In this document: one piece after another, positions 1-14,272 of the stretch
Position numbering within the stretch: position 1 is the first letter of the stretch
Layout: the number at the start of each line of letters is the position of its first letter
Assembly (NCBI GenBank): GCA_964234715.1
Contig: OZ174278.1
DNA: 64,000 bases
Reading direction: 5' to 3' (one strand)
Source: Podarcis melisellensis
Lineage: Eukaryota
Program-made: the position numbers and the translations under genes
The notes under the pieces: generated by a model
What the model saw: the letters and a program-made list of their open reading frames with translations, nothing else
What the model was told of the DNA's origin: nothing
Database searches by the model: none

Positions 1-1079
1 GCAGAGGGCTGATTTGCTATTTTAAAGGCATCGTTTCCTGGGTAAAGAGACCTAGCATAACTATACATTATGTGGCATAAAGTGGAATGATAAGATGGAG
101 ACAATTTATTGTTATGGATTATTTAAAGGCTTCTTATTTTTTCTCACATAATCCGATAAAATTTTTTATTAGTTTTCAATTACAATCCAATAGTAGCCTC
201 ATTATAGCAGTACCAATTTATAATACAATTATTAATACCAATTGTTCAAGTACTGAATTATATAATTTAGATAAGGTGGCCCCCTACGTGCTAGAATTGA
301 TGGCTTGATTTTTTGCTTCATTTCTGCATTCCAGAATCTTATTAATTTCCATTACATTCTGGTCATAATAACAATCCCTTATACAACAACTGCAACTTCT
401 ATTCGTCTTGACACATTAAATGATTTATTTTTTTAAAAAAATTCTCACATGATCAGTCATCCACTTGCCATCTTGCTCAAGGGTAAGTTTCTTAGGCTTT
501 TAATCAAAAACAAGGCTCAGCAACACATATTGCCTGATCTGAGCTCTCACTTGTGCTGAAGTCTGGAGAAAGAAACAGCAGGAGTCTTCCCCACTGTTTT
601 TCTCATGTCCCCATTTCACAGCAAAATTTTGTCCGTGCCTGAAACTAATTTATGGATCCCTGCACAGGTACTGAGGACTGTGAAAGGCTTAAGGAGGAAA
701 CCCAACCATTCTGTCAAGTTGTTAGGCCGGATGTGCCTAAAGATAGCCATCCCCTCTCCCCACGCCAAAACTTGCTAGATGTGAGGTGTTATAATTCTTT
801 TGAGCTGTCTGTATTTGTGAAAATTGATTAGTATTGGCTAAAGAAGCACCAGAAAGGCACCTATTTTGATACTGATGACACTGATGCCTGAGCAGAGATT
901 TTGGAATGTTTCGGAGTTGAGAGCTAAAGCATAACGTCTCGTCATTAACTGTCAACTTTCACATCAACTGTCATGCATCTACCAACATTCTATTTCTCCT
1001 AAAGTTACTGTAACTAATAACACAGGGTAGTGGGGGCAGAAGTGACACGAGGTTTATTTTGGGGATTAATAAGGCAATA

Positions 1080-1293
1080 AATGGTTCCTAGCCCTGATGG
1101 GGTTTTTTTACCTCTACTATTTACCTCCACTGTACTTCTGAATACCAGTTGCTAAGAGTCCTACTGATGGGAAAGTTGTTGTTTTGCTCAATGCCTGCTT
1201 GTGGGTTTCCTCAGAAGCATATGTTTGGTCTCTGTGAGAAGTGGACATTGGACTAGGTGGGTCCACTGATCCAGCAGGGCTGTTTTTTGTTCA
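1080..1293 (+). mobile_element. CR1 LINE 3' end fragment (degenerate)
   Basis: cttctgaataccagttgct...cctgcttgtgggtttcctcagaagcat...ggactaggtggg...tgatccagcagggct resembles the squamate CR1 3' UTR as recalled. Boundaries approximate. Confidence 0.6.
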
Positions 1294-1799
1294 TAATAGC
1301 TATAGCCTAGACTCCCTTTTGCCAGGTTAATCGGAATAAATTGTGAACACATATAATGAAGACTTACTCCCAGAGAGACACAATTTTTTTTCTTCTGCCA
1401 TTTTTTGGCATCCTTAACTTTCATTTTCTTAGACGGAGATCTTATAGTCGAATAGCAAGTTTTGTGGATAATAATTGCTATCATATATTATAGCCAATAA
1501 ATTTGTACTTACAAAAATATGTTCCTTTTATAGTGTATGTTTAAATAATTTGGCAATCCCATTTCCCCTTCCTTAGTTTAAAAATGAGCTGTGTACATGC
1601 GGGGGTGGGGTCCTTGTGCAAAAGAGGTAATGGTTCAGAGCCCAGTTCAGCACCAGTGTTCCAACTCAGCATTTTGTTGCAAGCATTAACTTTCTTTCTT
1701 AAAATGCCACCTTTATTGTAATTTGTCAAAGAAATATTTAAAGTAAATCAAATAAGACAAAACCACAATTTAAAACTCCGCAAAGCATAACACACGTGA

Positions 1800-1918
1800 G
1801 GTGGGATTTAACTAAGTCTTACTCAGAGTAGGCCTGTTGAAATCAATGGATCTAACTTAGTCATTTGCATAAATTTCAATGGATCAGCTATGAGTGAAAC
1901 TTAATTGAATGCCACCCA
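1800..1918. mobile_element. Short palindromic MITE (probably PIF/Harbinger-type)
   Basis: Imperfect terminal inverted repeats ggtgggatttaactaag / cttaattgaatgccacc and internal dyad ttgaaat...atttcaa. Related copies at ~48453-48615. Confidence 0.55.
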
Positions 1919-2748
1919 TGAAAATTATTGTTTGTAAGGGTTGTTCCACACATCTGAGGAGTGTCTACTTTGGATTGTGCTCCATTTAGTCAAACCATCT
2001 ATTCAAACAAATGAGCTAGCTCACATGTGCACCGTGCAAGCCATAGCTGCATCTGGATTAAGATGATTTAGTGTAGGTAGGTATTATGTAACAAGAGCCA
2101 AAAAAAAAAAAGTTTTTAAAAAGTTGGTTTTCTTAACTAAGTACATTTTAAGGATAAGCTTCACAGCATATTGGAAGCTTTTCCTAGAAATATCCACACA
2201 TTGATAAAAACTACTCAAAGGAAGGCAAGAGTTAAGACAGTACTGCATCATCTGCAGCCCACATGGTTATACAATATGAATGTGTTGGTTATAAATGAGT
2301 ATGGCCATACTTGTTGCTGTAAAGATGTGGCTTTTGGCTTCAGGCTTGGAGGACTTTAAAAATGTTAGCCCCTGGCAAGAGGAGGGCCACCTCTTCTGCA
2401 TTTAATAGATATAGTTTAGTTTACATGAGATTCAAGATTCAGTTTCCTGTATTGACAGAGCAGATCATTTCTTATGTCACACAGATGAAAGTGGGTCTAT
2501 AGAGAGGTTAAATTGATTAAAGGCTTAAAATTGCTTTACAGGATATCAGAAAAGTACACTTGTTTGTTTCCCTAGATAAAGATTACATAGACTTTTGCCC
2601 AAGTCTGTGTCAGTATTATTTTGGAAACAAAGCATGCAAGGACTTTTTAAAGCAGTTTGCCATGTATGCTTAGATTTTAACCATTCTTGGGGTTTTGTAG
2701 TGCTTTCTATAAAGATGAAGAACTAACTGTTTTCCCGATTTCTTTTAA

Positions 2749-2958
<210 letters not shown>

Positions 2959-5900
2959 TAATTTCAGGACTTTCATGGATGACCATTTTAGTCATGCACA
3001 TTCACCTACATGTTCATATGCTGTTTGTTAGAACACTATATTATAAAGTTATACCTGCAAGTAGAAGTTACCTGCTTTAAAAAAAAAAAGAGGAACTATC
3101 ACAATATTCGGTCTGGATCTGCAAGTGTGGTAGAAACTGTCTGAACACAAGTTTTCTCTCCTGAAGACAAATCCTCAGAATGCAAAGAAAGTATGTTGAA
3201 ACAACTTCTGCCATATTTGGAATATATGTCTTCACCCATTAGGAAGGAGCAAAATAATGACAGCTCTTGGTACTTTGTTTCTTATTATTTGTTTCATTGA
3301 AACATATGTATTTTTATTTCACTGAAATGTGTATCTTATTTTTCAGTTTGAAAAACCACATTCCCCCAAATCAAATAAAAATATTAAAGCTACAGAGATA
3401 GGTCATCCAGAAAACCCCCAAATGCAAAGGAATGATAGCCTTTGGGGCCAACTGCCTAAAATATGGAACTTAGCACACAAGGCTTATAGCTACCTGCTGC
3501 ATTCCAAGGCACACCTAGATGTTCTTCCAAGGAAGAACTGGCAGTGCAGGTAGGGCTCATATGAAGGGCTAACTAGGTATGAAGGCAAATTTGTTACATG
3601 CAATCAATGCTATTTTATTTTCATTAGGACCAGAATGCATGGGTTAACCCTTTCTTCCCTTGCCATGATCCTGATCTACTATTAGCCCAGAAAAAAAAGC
3701 TTCATTGGTACCATTGTTTGTGTTCTGTGGATTGAAATTCTGAACCACATATCCATGGTAGCTATTACCGGTAAATGTAAAAATGGGAAAAGAAACAAAT
3801 ATTCAAAGGTGGGTCTTCATATTTATTTGGCTTAGAGTATTAAAGATGTAAATATTGCCAGTTTGAATTATCCCCTGTAACCAATTGAGAGCTAAGATAA
3901 TGATATGATTGGGGTAATATGCTCCAAGCACCCAACTCCAGTCAATATCCTGTTTACAACATGTTATAAAAATCCCATATGGATGTGACCCAGGCATGGA
4001 TTACTCTGCCTGCTCATTCTTTCATTTAAATATGGCCTCAGTATTTAGTGGGGAAGTCTTCAAGGAAAGAGTAGATGAATTTGGAAGTGAATTACATTCC
4101 TGTTTATTGTGTGTGCTTCTGCTTACCATTAGGCCTACTATTAGAAAGACCTGCATCTCTGTGTCTTTCTTTATCTCTCAAGAGATGAACTTCCAAATGA
4201 AGTCTCAATCTTCTCCATTGCTTTTCTTGAAGACTCAGTAACTTTATATTGCATATTAGTGGTGCTGATTAATCATTTTGGTTAGTGGTGACCTGTCTTT
4301 ATCCCATACCTAACAACATTTTGCCACTGTAGGGACACACATGTAACAGAGCATTGCCCAAGCTTGCTATCCCATTGTTAAAGGATCTATACAGCTATAT
4401 GCTTTATCAATTTACTCTTCAAGACCCTGCAGTTTTTCAGAAGATAATAGGATATTTGATCTACAATATGTTATCAGAAGCCCAATGCTGTAGTTTAGCA
4501 GCTGCAGTGTTTGGAATAGTAGGTTGTGCACTGCATGGTACCTTACTAATCATGTGTGTGAATCTTAAAATATGACAATGCAAGAAACTCAAAATAACAA
4601 CATTTTAACAAGATACCAAAGGGCAAAAATGAAAGTGATTTACCATGGACAGTAACGTTATCCATCTTGTGTACCTACTATTGTGGAAGAAAGTTGTTTT
4701 AGAAGCTGTGGTTGCTAACTGTTCTTATATATCCTGTTCTTTCCTCCTTCTCATGCCAAGTAATACTGCTTTCTTTTTGCATAATTGGCGTTAGTGGTCT
4801 CATTTTTGTCTTCATGCTTCCCCCAATCTAAAACCCTAAAGCCTCCAAAGCTAATGTGCTGTGGAGTATGTTAAGAATGAGATGAATATTTATAAGGTTC
4901 TCTTTTTTAAAAAAAAACTTGCTTTCTTTAGGACCACTTCACTCTTTCCTGGTCCACCTGTTGAAACAGCCATTTCAGTGCAGTATTTAAATCTGCTCCA
5001 TTTGGCAGCAGCATTACACCTCACCCTTCCTTCAACTCACTGGTTTCCTCTGAGATTTCTGTTATTTTTTCCATCTTTCCATGCTTTTAGTGTTGAATAC
5101 AAGTGAGGGGAGATGGCAGGAGAATATTTTTACAAATGCTTCATATTTCCATGTGAAACAAATTTAAAGGGTGAGAAGAGAACCACGTAACCTGAAGAAT
5201 AGGACTAGGAACTTCTCAAAGAAATGTCTTTTAAAAAATATCATTGAGATGGAAAGTCTTGAGCAAGCTTAATATACAATTCTTTATAGTTTGGAAGTCA
5301 TGTATGAAAGGGTTTAAAATAATCTGGCTTAGAATTTCACTCCACATGATTCTTTTTGTAGCTATCCTCTGCTGTGTCATTTTATAGAAAAGTACTCATG
5401 AGAGCCCCAGAACCAAACACTGTTTACCTGATTGTCTGAGATAAATCTTTTTTCCCATTTTCCCTTTTTCTAGTAGAGCATGCTAAAAAGCTCAAAAGGC
5501 AAACAACTGTGGTAGTTTATAATATAGATAATGGTGAAGATTAAAGTGCTTTGAATGGAAGTTACAAGTCAGAATGGGGAAGAATTGTCGTTAGTGCTGT
5601 AGAAAAATCCAGAAGGAGACATAACTGATGATGGCTGGGAAATGTTCTACGTTTCTGGCATGTGTTGTGGTTAATATTGTGCCCATGCTAAAATGTTCAT
5701 GTTCATTTTCTCCCTTCTCCTCTGTTTTCAAAAGAGGTTTTGCAGAAGTACAAAAAGGCTTTTGAACACCCCCCCCCCCAGAACAAGCCAATGAATGTGC
5801 TGAGTGACCTTGAAATGCTCTATGACAGTTTGGGGGTGGGGGAAGAAACGTAGGATAATGGAATGGGGCACCACAGAGGTGGGCATACAGTGCAACAGTG

Positions 5901-6744
5901 AAGAGGAACATTGGGCACTGCATTAGTATGCAGCAGGTTCCAGTTCCAGGTGTAGAATGCACTTGGGCTGACAAATCTAAAGGAAAATCTCTACTCAGTC
6001 ACAAAGTTTGCTGGGTGGCCTTGAGAAGTCAATGTCTGTAAACTTAATCAAAAGGGGCACTACAGAGGGGGAGGGATAGGGTTATCACATGTACACATCT
6101 GATTTTTATATGGGTAGTAAAAGTAAAAAATAACAAATGAGTCCCTCAGGTTCAAGGATCATAAGCAGAAAGATTCACTCTTAGTAGAAGTTGTGTAATT
6201 AAAATTTCCAATGTCCCTTTATATGAAGAAAAAAACATTTCTTTCATTTAAGGTCAATCATAGTGCTGTGTTTCATAGTGCAGCCTAAATCAGTTCAATA
6301 AATGATGCAACATTCCTGCCTTGGGATGTAAATAATGTTGTATTAGAGTAGCAAAGAATAGCATGAGAGAAATTTGCATCTGCACAAATGTTGTCTTTTG
6401 TTCTCTTTGGGGACCATTGTGTTTCTTCTTTTCTGGTTATTAACCGGTTTTGCCTAGTGGTTGGAGGGTATGGTTAATCTTCTCCCTTCAAATTTAGTTG
6501 CAGCTACAGGGTAGAAGATACTTTTTCTCTTTCAATGTTCTCCAAAATACACAAATATTGTAGATAGCCATTTTTATCCATTTGGAAAACTTCAAAAGCC
6601 ATAGGATGTTAATACCCTTATTACGTTCTGACAATTCAAAATGTCATAGAACCCTATGAATATAAAACACTTCAAAGGAATAAGTTTCAGCAATGGCTAC
6701 ATGTAATGATCTTGTACTGTAACTGCTTTCAAAGCAGTGTATTA

Positions 6745-6874
6745 TAGGCATAGGGAAACTCGGCCCTTCAGATGTTTTGGGACTACAACTCCCATCATCC
6801 CTAGCTAACAGTGGTCAGGGATGATGGGAATTGTAGTCTCAAAACATTTGGAGGGCTGAGTTTCCCTATGTCTG
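6745..6874. mobile_element. hAT-type palindromic MITE (130 bp)
   Basis: The element is almost fully self-complementary (taggcatagggaaactcggccc ... gggctgagtttccctatgtctg; gactacaactcccatcatccct / agggatgatgggaattgtagtc). 8-bp TSD gtgtatta/gtgtgtta. Confidence 0.9.
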
Positions 6875-6966
6875 GTGTGTTATATATAACTGTAGCATAT
6901 TTGTTTTTCATAAATGCTATTGTTGAAGTCGTCTGTGTATACTTAGTACTTAAAGAGAAACCATGA

Positions 6967-7089
<123 letters not shown>

Positions 7090-7886
7090 TGAGGTCACCT
7101 TCATATCTTGTTTAATTTTATTTTAAAAGAAGCATTCTGTGTAATATTGTAAACAGAGGTTTCCTCTACAGTCAAACCATTTTTATTTGCTTAATAATTA
7201 AGATATCTACAGTGCCAATTCCTGCCTGGTAATTTTAGAATACTTCATTTTATGTTAATTTTCTTGTAGGGAGAGGAGAGGAAGAATGTGTCAGGAAATT
7301 TTGTATTTTTGGGAATTCTTACTTAATATTAAATAATTCATTTCCAGTATCTTAGAGATGTTTCATTTACCACTTTGTGAGAAATTATTTAGAAGGCAGG
7401 ATATACATTTATTAAATAAAAATCTAATCCCCCTCCCCAATATACAGTAGAACAGTATCATGTTTTTATGGCTATTCACCTATAACAGTATAAGAAGGCA
7501 ATTTATTAATTTGCACATTTGACTTATCTGGAGTGGAAGGAATTAATATTCACTGTTGATCTATTTATTAAAGAATATAAAGAAGGAACAGTATTACCAG
7601 GCAGTTTAACACTAACATATGAACATATTAGTTTACAAGTGAGTGGGACCAAAGTGGAGAAAAATCGGCCATAATGATCATAGCTGTCTCCCATCTGTAT
7701 TTTATTATACATTAGTCAGTGTCTCATTTTTACTCATGCCCCTTTGGCATGTTTGAAAGATTGCTTCTGCACGTGCAAAATTGGCCCCTACTTATTGAAG
7801 ATAAGTTACCTACAAGTAATGTTGATTTCATTGAACATGCATTTATTATAATACAAACAGCCTGGACAGGCTGTGGCTGGACAGAG

Positions 7887-8098
7887 GGTGAGATTCAGTT
7901 AGTGCAAGTAGTGCTTTCTTATGCAGCTAGCGTTCTTGTTCATCCCCCTGTTGCAGCCCCCTGCACATTCCTGCACACAATCTGCTCTGGAAGGTTGAGG
8001 GACATTCTGGAGCAGATTTGGGGGGCATGCCAGGGGTGGGAGAAGGAAACTGGAAGTCCCATTGTGCAGGCAGATTTCCATTGCATAGGATAATACCA
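7887..8098. mobile_element. Degenerate palindromic MITE
   Basis: Central dyad aatctgctctggaa...ttctggagcagatt with a C-rich left arm and G-rich right arm. Ends uncertain. Confidence 0.4.
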
Positions 8099-9326
8099 AT
8101 AATTGTCTTGTAAATTTTGTGTATTTTTCATTATACAATTTAAATTAAATACCCATGTTTTATTGTTTACATTTAGAAGTGTTGTGATGCTAATTGGGGA
8201 CTATCATACGTCATCAAAATTTATAGTTAATATTGAAGGTATCACATACCTGTTTTTAGTTCATAGCATTTGAGATTTATGACAGAATTTATCTGAAGGA
8301 CTACTTTTGGAAGATTACTTTGACTGCATGGAGATTATATAAAATTAAATAATGGCAGGGATTATGCAATTGTTCTTATATTCATTCTTATGTTTGAAGG
8401 CATGTATAAAATGTATTGGGTCTGCTGCATGGATCTCTCGGTTTAATTATTACTTGTTCACTGTGCTTGAGAAATATGGTGGTTTGGGGCTTCTTGGACA
8501 CATTTACTTTATAGTTGCATTTTGACAAAATGTATTAAGGTTTTAGAGCTGCCATACTTATTTCAATTATAGTCCTTTATAAATAAGTTCAATAAATTAT
8601 TGTTAGTTAAATACATTTTATAAGTCTTTCCCTACAATTCATATTATACATATATATAGAAGCCATTTTGGCAAGATAGCAATAATAATAATAATACCCA
8701 CACATGAAAGTTCCTACTGATGTCTGCACATAATTTCTTCAACACATTTGATATAATTCCCATAACAGAAATCTTTATGTGCATAATTGTGTACTTCTCA
8801 GGGGATCATGTGTTCTTGAAGCCATCTCCTGAACTATGCTCCTTTCTATGTAAAAGTGTCAGTGAAACATTCCATTCAGGCTGGTACTTAATATGGGTAC
8901 TTAGGAAAGCATGGGTTGTCTCTTCTTGACTTGTTTCCCTGACAAAATAGTGCTGCAGCTTCCTAACATACCTTAAGATGTATGCAGGGAGGGAGGGAGA
9001 TTTCTAGATTAGGGTCTGTTGTTTTTTCTTCACATCCAAATGCTTCCAAGGCTTCCTTTTGGAATCTAATCACAAAGCCCATGTTGATTCCACACTCTTG
9101 CAGATAGGTGTTGAAAGCCTCATCTACTTTTTGTTGATTAGGGGTTTCAGAACAGCAGAGTGGTGAAATGTTATTTTTATTCGTCTTGCTCCCACAAACA
9201 CCTTGCTCATACTGCTTCAGGTGGAGGAAAAGGGCTTTGTGTTTTCTGTTTCTATATATATATTTGAAAAGCAGCATGTACAAAAATCTGATTGGTTTCC
9301 ACATTGCTATAAACATTGTGCATAGA

Positions 9327-9390
9327 ACTGGTTGTCCTAAGTCTATCTCCCTGGCAACACTGGTTGTCCTAAGTCTATCTCCCTGGCAAC
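9327..9390. repeat. Perfect 32-bp tandem duplication
   Basis: actggttgtcctaagtctatctccctggcaac x2. Confidence 0.95.
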
Positions 9391-9900
9391 AAGAGCCTTT
9401 TCACAAGTTATATAATAAATTATATGTATAGTCAAGGTCTTTTCATAAGTTAAAAGTTTAATTTTTAAAAATTCCATTTGTAGAAAAGAGAGAGGCTTCT
9501 AGTAGCTTTTCCTGTGGTTTAAAGATCACATTTATTTGTCTTAATGCTTATTAGTGCCTTCTCATACTTCAACAGGGAAAGAATATTGCCCTGGGAGACA
9601 GCTGTGTGGGCATCTTCACCTACTTGCTAGACATTTCAGCTGACATTTATGTAGATAATGCAATAGAATTCCATCTGTAAGTTTAGTGTAGGTGTGAGTG
9701 CCTTCAGTTATTTCCCACATATTCACCTCATTTCATTAGGAGAAAGATATATGAAAATTACTGTAATGCATTTCTGTACAGTTTCTCACAAGTTTGTTGT
9801 ATTTCAAATACTATGGCGGTGGTAGAATTCACATGGGACAAGCAAGAAACAAGGAGTGAGGAACTAAGTAGGTAGGTCCTGGAATAACTAGATAGGTAGG

Positions 9901-10530
9901 ATAATAATAATTTATATTTATATGCCGCCAGCCATTCTGGGTAACTTCTAACAAATTAAAACATCAAACACAGGAAAACATTAAACATTAAAACCTTCCC
10001 TATACAGGGCTGCCTTCAGATGTATTCTAAAAGTCATATAGTTTATTTCCTTGACATATTACAGGCAGGCATTCCACAGGGTGGGCGTGACTACCAAGGA
10101 GGCCCTCTGCCTGGATTCCTGTAACCTCAATTCTCTCAATGAGGAAGCTGCCAGAAGGCACTTAAAGCTGGATCTCAGTGTCCAGGTTGAATGATGGGAG
10201 TGGAGACACTCCTTCAGGTATACCGGGCCAAAGCCATGTAGGGCTTTAAAGATCAGCACCAACACTTTGAATTGAGCTCAGAAGCATACTTGGGAGCCAA
10301 TGTAGATCTTTTAGGATCGATGTTATATGGTCCTGGCAGCCACTCCCAGTCACCATTCTGGCAGCCACATTCTGGATTAGTTGTAGTTTCCAAGTCACCT
10401 TCAAAGAAAGCCCCACATAGAGCGCACTGCTGTAGTCCAAGTGGAAAATAACCAGAGCATGTACCACTCTGGCAAGACAGGGTGCAGGCAGGTAGGGTAT
10501 CAGCTGGCGTACCAGATGAAGCTGGATAAA
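9901..10530 (-). mobile_element. L2-clade LINE 3' fragment (ORF2 C-terminus + tail)
   Basis: Minus-strand translations ...VHALVIFHLDYSSALYVGLSLKVTWKLQLIQNVAARMVTG...HITSILKDLHWLP and LVLIFKALHGFGPVYLKE...QRASLVVTPTLWNA are typical of the L2 ORF2 C-terminus. Simple-repeat tail near 9901. Confidence 0.9.
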
Positions 10531-10572
10531 TTTAGTTGTTTGGAAGTTTTGGATAGCTAAATGGATGTGATG

Positions 10573-10801
10573 CACTGGCAGAGGAAGAGGAGTGGGGGGG
10601 GAGCGCACCGCCCCCGGCAGCATAATCCAGGTGGGGTGCCATCGCAGTTGCGCCCCCTGCCCATGCTGGGTGGCACGCCTCTGCAGGCAGCATGCCACAC
10701 CCCTGTGGGCAGCGTGCCCCACCCCTGGGACACGTGCCAGCCCCGCCCCCGCCTGCTCTCTGCCCCCTCCCCCGGTGCCGGAGAATGAAGTTCCGCCACT
10801 G
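10573..10801. mobile_element. GC-rich hAT-type MITE (229 bp)
   Basis: Perfect 8-bp TSD atgtgatg (10565-10572 and 10802-10809). Imperfect TIR cactggcaga / tccgccactg. Confidence 0.85.
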
Positions 10802-10810
10802 ATGTGATGT

Positions 10811-10843
10811 AGATATATATTTGCAAGATATATATTTGCAAGA
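10811..10843. repeat. 15-bp tandem duplication
   Basis: agatatatatttgca x2 + aga, immediately 3' of the hAT TSD. Confidence 0.9.
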
Positions 10844-12051
10844 CTCAGAAGGAGACTGAGCCATATGATAAAATGGGTATACTGTGATTTTGCTTTGAGC
10901 CATTATTTAATCCTGGTGCAGATCTTTGCATGCTGTCCCCAAAACCATACAGCAGGGGTTCCCAAACTGGTAATCTGTGGTATGTCTTTAAAAGTACAAT
11001 AAAAAATCATATAACATGTAGCACAGCTCATAGCAGTTGCTACAACAGAGAGAATAAACATTATCCCTCTGAATATGGTCGTATTATTCCAGTCCCTTCT
11101 CAGTGGCTCAAGCTTTATGGAACTGAAGACATGTGCCACTTTTGCCTTAGTGGATGATAGATTATCCTCTAGCTGGATATTTTGAGGAAACAATAGTAAC
11201 TTGCTGTTTGGAAACATAATCTATATTTGTCCTGTATTGGTGAAAAAGGATCTAGTGGACTGAGCATGGGTGCTTTAGATGTGTCTACAGTTGTGCATGG
11301 CTGCTGCTGTTGTTAAGTAGAGCATGCTGTCATAAATTTAGAAAAACAATACAGCAATTTTACCTGGTGGCTGCATGAAACATTGGATATGCCAATATTT
11401 TCTTATTTTTTCCATTTTCCTTTACGGTGAGGATTATTTTAATTGTAAACCTTAACAATATGGAGAATTTATATTTTCTAGTTGTATGCATATATGGATT
11501 TATGTTTCAAGACAGCTCTTTGAGTTTAAGATTGTGAACTTGTTTGTTCACATTTCTAGGGCATATTTTTGTTTCTATTGAATTAAAATAAACAAATAAT
11601 AGGATTAAATTTGCTTATTTATTTTTGGCACTGAGGAATGTATTTAAGTGTGTGTTTATATGTGTACGCGTGCTTGCATTAGTTATTTCATTTATTATTA
11701 TTATTTTTGAAACTACTATATTGATTTTCCGGTATAATAACTAAGGAGACAACAATAACATTAGAACAACTCACCCTGCTTTCCAAGGTAGAGGCAGTGT
11801 TAAAGAATAGGGTTTTTTATTTTCATTGTATGTTCCAACCATAATACTGTACATAGAAAGATTACTTTTAAAAGATAAAAATAAGAACAAGGCTAGAATT
11901 CTTAAAACAGCCAAAGACAGCAAAACCTATTGAGTTCATTGTTGAAATAGACCACAATCCTGTACACACTTGGGAGTAAGTTTCACTGAGCTGAGTGGGA
12001 TGTACTTCTGAGCAATGTGCATAGGATTTTGCTGTTAATTGGTAATGCTAT

Positions 12052-12188
12052 CAGTACTTTTTTTTCTAGAAAAACAGGTGCCAGTACTCACCATGAAGTT
12101 GTAACAGTGAGTGCCACACTTTTTAACAGTAACAAAAAGAGATGCTAGTACTGTGTATCATTGAGTACCCCCCCCCCAAAAAGTACTG
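12052..12188. mobile_element. hAT-type MITE
   Basis: TIR cagtacttttt / aaaaagtactg. Flanking direct repeat gctatcagta overlaps the left terminus. Confidence 0.65.
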
Positions 12189-12879
12189 GCTATCAGTAAT
12201 AATGTGAAAAACTGTTTAGAAATAGGACAAAGTTACATTCAACTTGGCAGCTATTTGCATTTTTTAAACAAGACTTTAATAAAAATGATTTGTAGAAATG
12301 TGAGTCCTTAATCTTCATGCTGTACCATTTCCCACTGATTTTAAAGTAGCATAGATTATCTTTGAGATTCATCATAAAACACAAACTTTGACATGTGGTG
12401 AATATTGCGGATTATGGAGGCCAGAGTAAAACTGGGGAGGGGGAGAGTAACTCATTAAATTATCAGTGAAAGAGGTCAATGTGCACAGAAAGGATTCCTT
12501 TTGCAAGTAACACATTGAATACATATTTATTAGAAGAATATCAGTAAAATTCATTGGAAATGGTAGATGGGTCACTGGGAGAAAAAAAGTATAATTCTTT
12601 TTTTTAACATCCCACTAAATAACTATTTGTTGCAAAAAGAATTAAGAAATGAGGAATATGCTAGGGAAAATATCTAGGGCCTTACAAAAAATACACAGTT
12701 TCAAATATTAAGATCATTAATAAATAGTTTTCAATGGGGGGTGCATTGCTTGGCTACTGCAGTGCATCTACTGTAAATGAGGGGGAAGGAGCACCAGTGC
12801 TTGTAATATTATTAATATATTGCCTTCAAGGTACAGAGTGAAAGAAGCAAAGATGTCCTGAAAAACACTTGTTTGTTTT

Positions 12880-13433
12880 CTGGCAAGTTGTTGCATTACT
12901 TAGTGAGTGGTTAGAGATGATAATGGGCTAGATTAGAGGTAGTTAATGGAAGCTTAACTCTAGCAAGACAAAAGTGTTCTTGGCTAGGGGGGAAAGGAAC
13001 TAGGAATAGGAATTAACCCTGTTTTGGATAGGGTAGTACACCCTTGAACACTCAGTTTAGGAATACTCCTACATTCAACTTCGCTTCTAGGTGCTCAGTA
13101 GAGGCCATGGTCAGGGGTGCTTTTGTCCAGTTTATGCTGGTGCACATAGTGGCACATCCCTTATTTACACCAAATATTACTGCAGTGTGCTCTGTGTGGG
13201 GCTCCTTTTGAAGAGTCTCTGGAAATTTCAGTTGGTCTACAAAGCACCAGAAAAGGTTTTGGTGAACACTGACAACTGGATGCAGATAGTACTTACCGGT
13301 ACTTTTACAACAGCTGCATGTTCAGGTGCGATTTAAGGTACTGGTTATTACCTTTAATGCTCTAAATATTCTAGGTGCAGGATAACTTGAGGCCTGTCTC
13401 CTTCCACATAATCCTGTCCTCTCTGCAAGATTT
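12880..13433 (+). mobile_element. Old L2 LINE fragment, broken off at the element at 13441
   Basis: Translation YYCSVLCVGLLLKSLWKFQLV is a decayed form of L2 DYCN.LY.GLPLK..WKLQLV. Boundaries approximate. Confidence 0.65.
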
Positions 13434-13440
13434 CACGCAA

Positions 13441-14272
13441 GGTGCTTTTGCGTGGACAGACGGAGTCCCCCCCAACCCCAGGCGACTCCTGAGTGGAATA
13501 ACGACTCAAGACAATATGCTGTGGGAATAAAATTGGCCACAACTTTATTAAAGTTTCAGATGTAGGGAGACCTTGGCTTAGGCATTGGGTGTTTATCCCT
13601 CCCAGTCCCTGGCTGGGGATCTGGGGAACATCAGGGTTATCCAGAGTGGGTGGGGATTGGGCTGGCTCTGGAGAACATATGTTCAAGCAGAGAGCCCACC
13701 CCTCTTCACAGGGGAAAGCAATTACATCCAGTTGGCGTATGGCCAATGCTTCCCCTCAGAACAACCCCTTTAACAGGGGACCCTGGGATCACCACAGTGG
13801 GGGGCGGGGGCGGAGGTTACCGCTTCACGCCCACCCCCATTAAGTGAAGATAAAGGATTCCACCCAATGCCTGAAACTGCCAAAGTTGTGACATTTTGCT
13901 ACAAGGAAGGCAAAACCTGCCAATGCAGGAAAATTCCTCTCCAGCCCTTCAACAGCGACCATGCTGTAGCAGCACCTGTGTACCTGTGGAGAAGAGGTTA
14001 ACCTGCAAAGGAAGGCTTAAATGTGGGAGGGCAGGTTGGGAGAAGCTCTGGAGCCAACTGGCGATTCCCAGGTAAGATCCGCCCTCTATTGTGTGGGTAT
14101 GGCGGTCCCTCTCCCTACCTGGCCAGGTCCCCTGGCAACTCCTCCCCAGGTGGGATTGGGTAACTGCTTAAGGTAGGTGGAGACCTCCAGATATCCAGCC
14201 TGAGGTGGGTGAAACCAGGCTATATGGCCACATAGGATCTGGGGGGCTGCGCGCGACCACGCAAAAGGCACC
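13441..14272 (-). mobile_element. Non-autonomous element with short inverted termini, DIRS/Ngaro-like or LTR-like
   Basis: Termini ggtgcttttgcgtgg / ccacgcaaaaggcacc are inverted repeats with one indel. Minus-strand AATAAA-GTTGTGGCC at 13544-13549. Shares motifs with 54178-55267 and 58900-59184. Confidence 0.6.

Noticed and set aside
10246-10903. Cluster of long ORFs (158, 123, 94 aa) suggesting a nested gene
   Set aside because: They are a chance fusion of a GC-rich hAT MITE (few stop codons) with an L2 ORF2 fragment. No independent gene structure.
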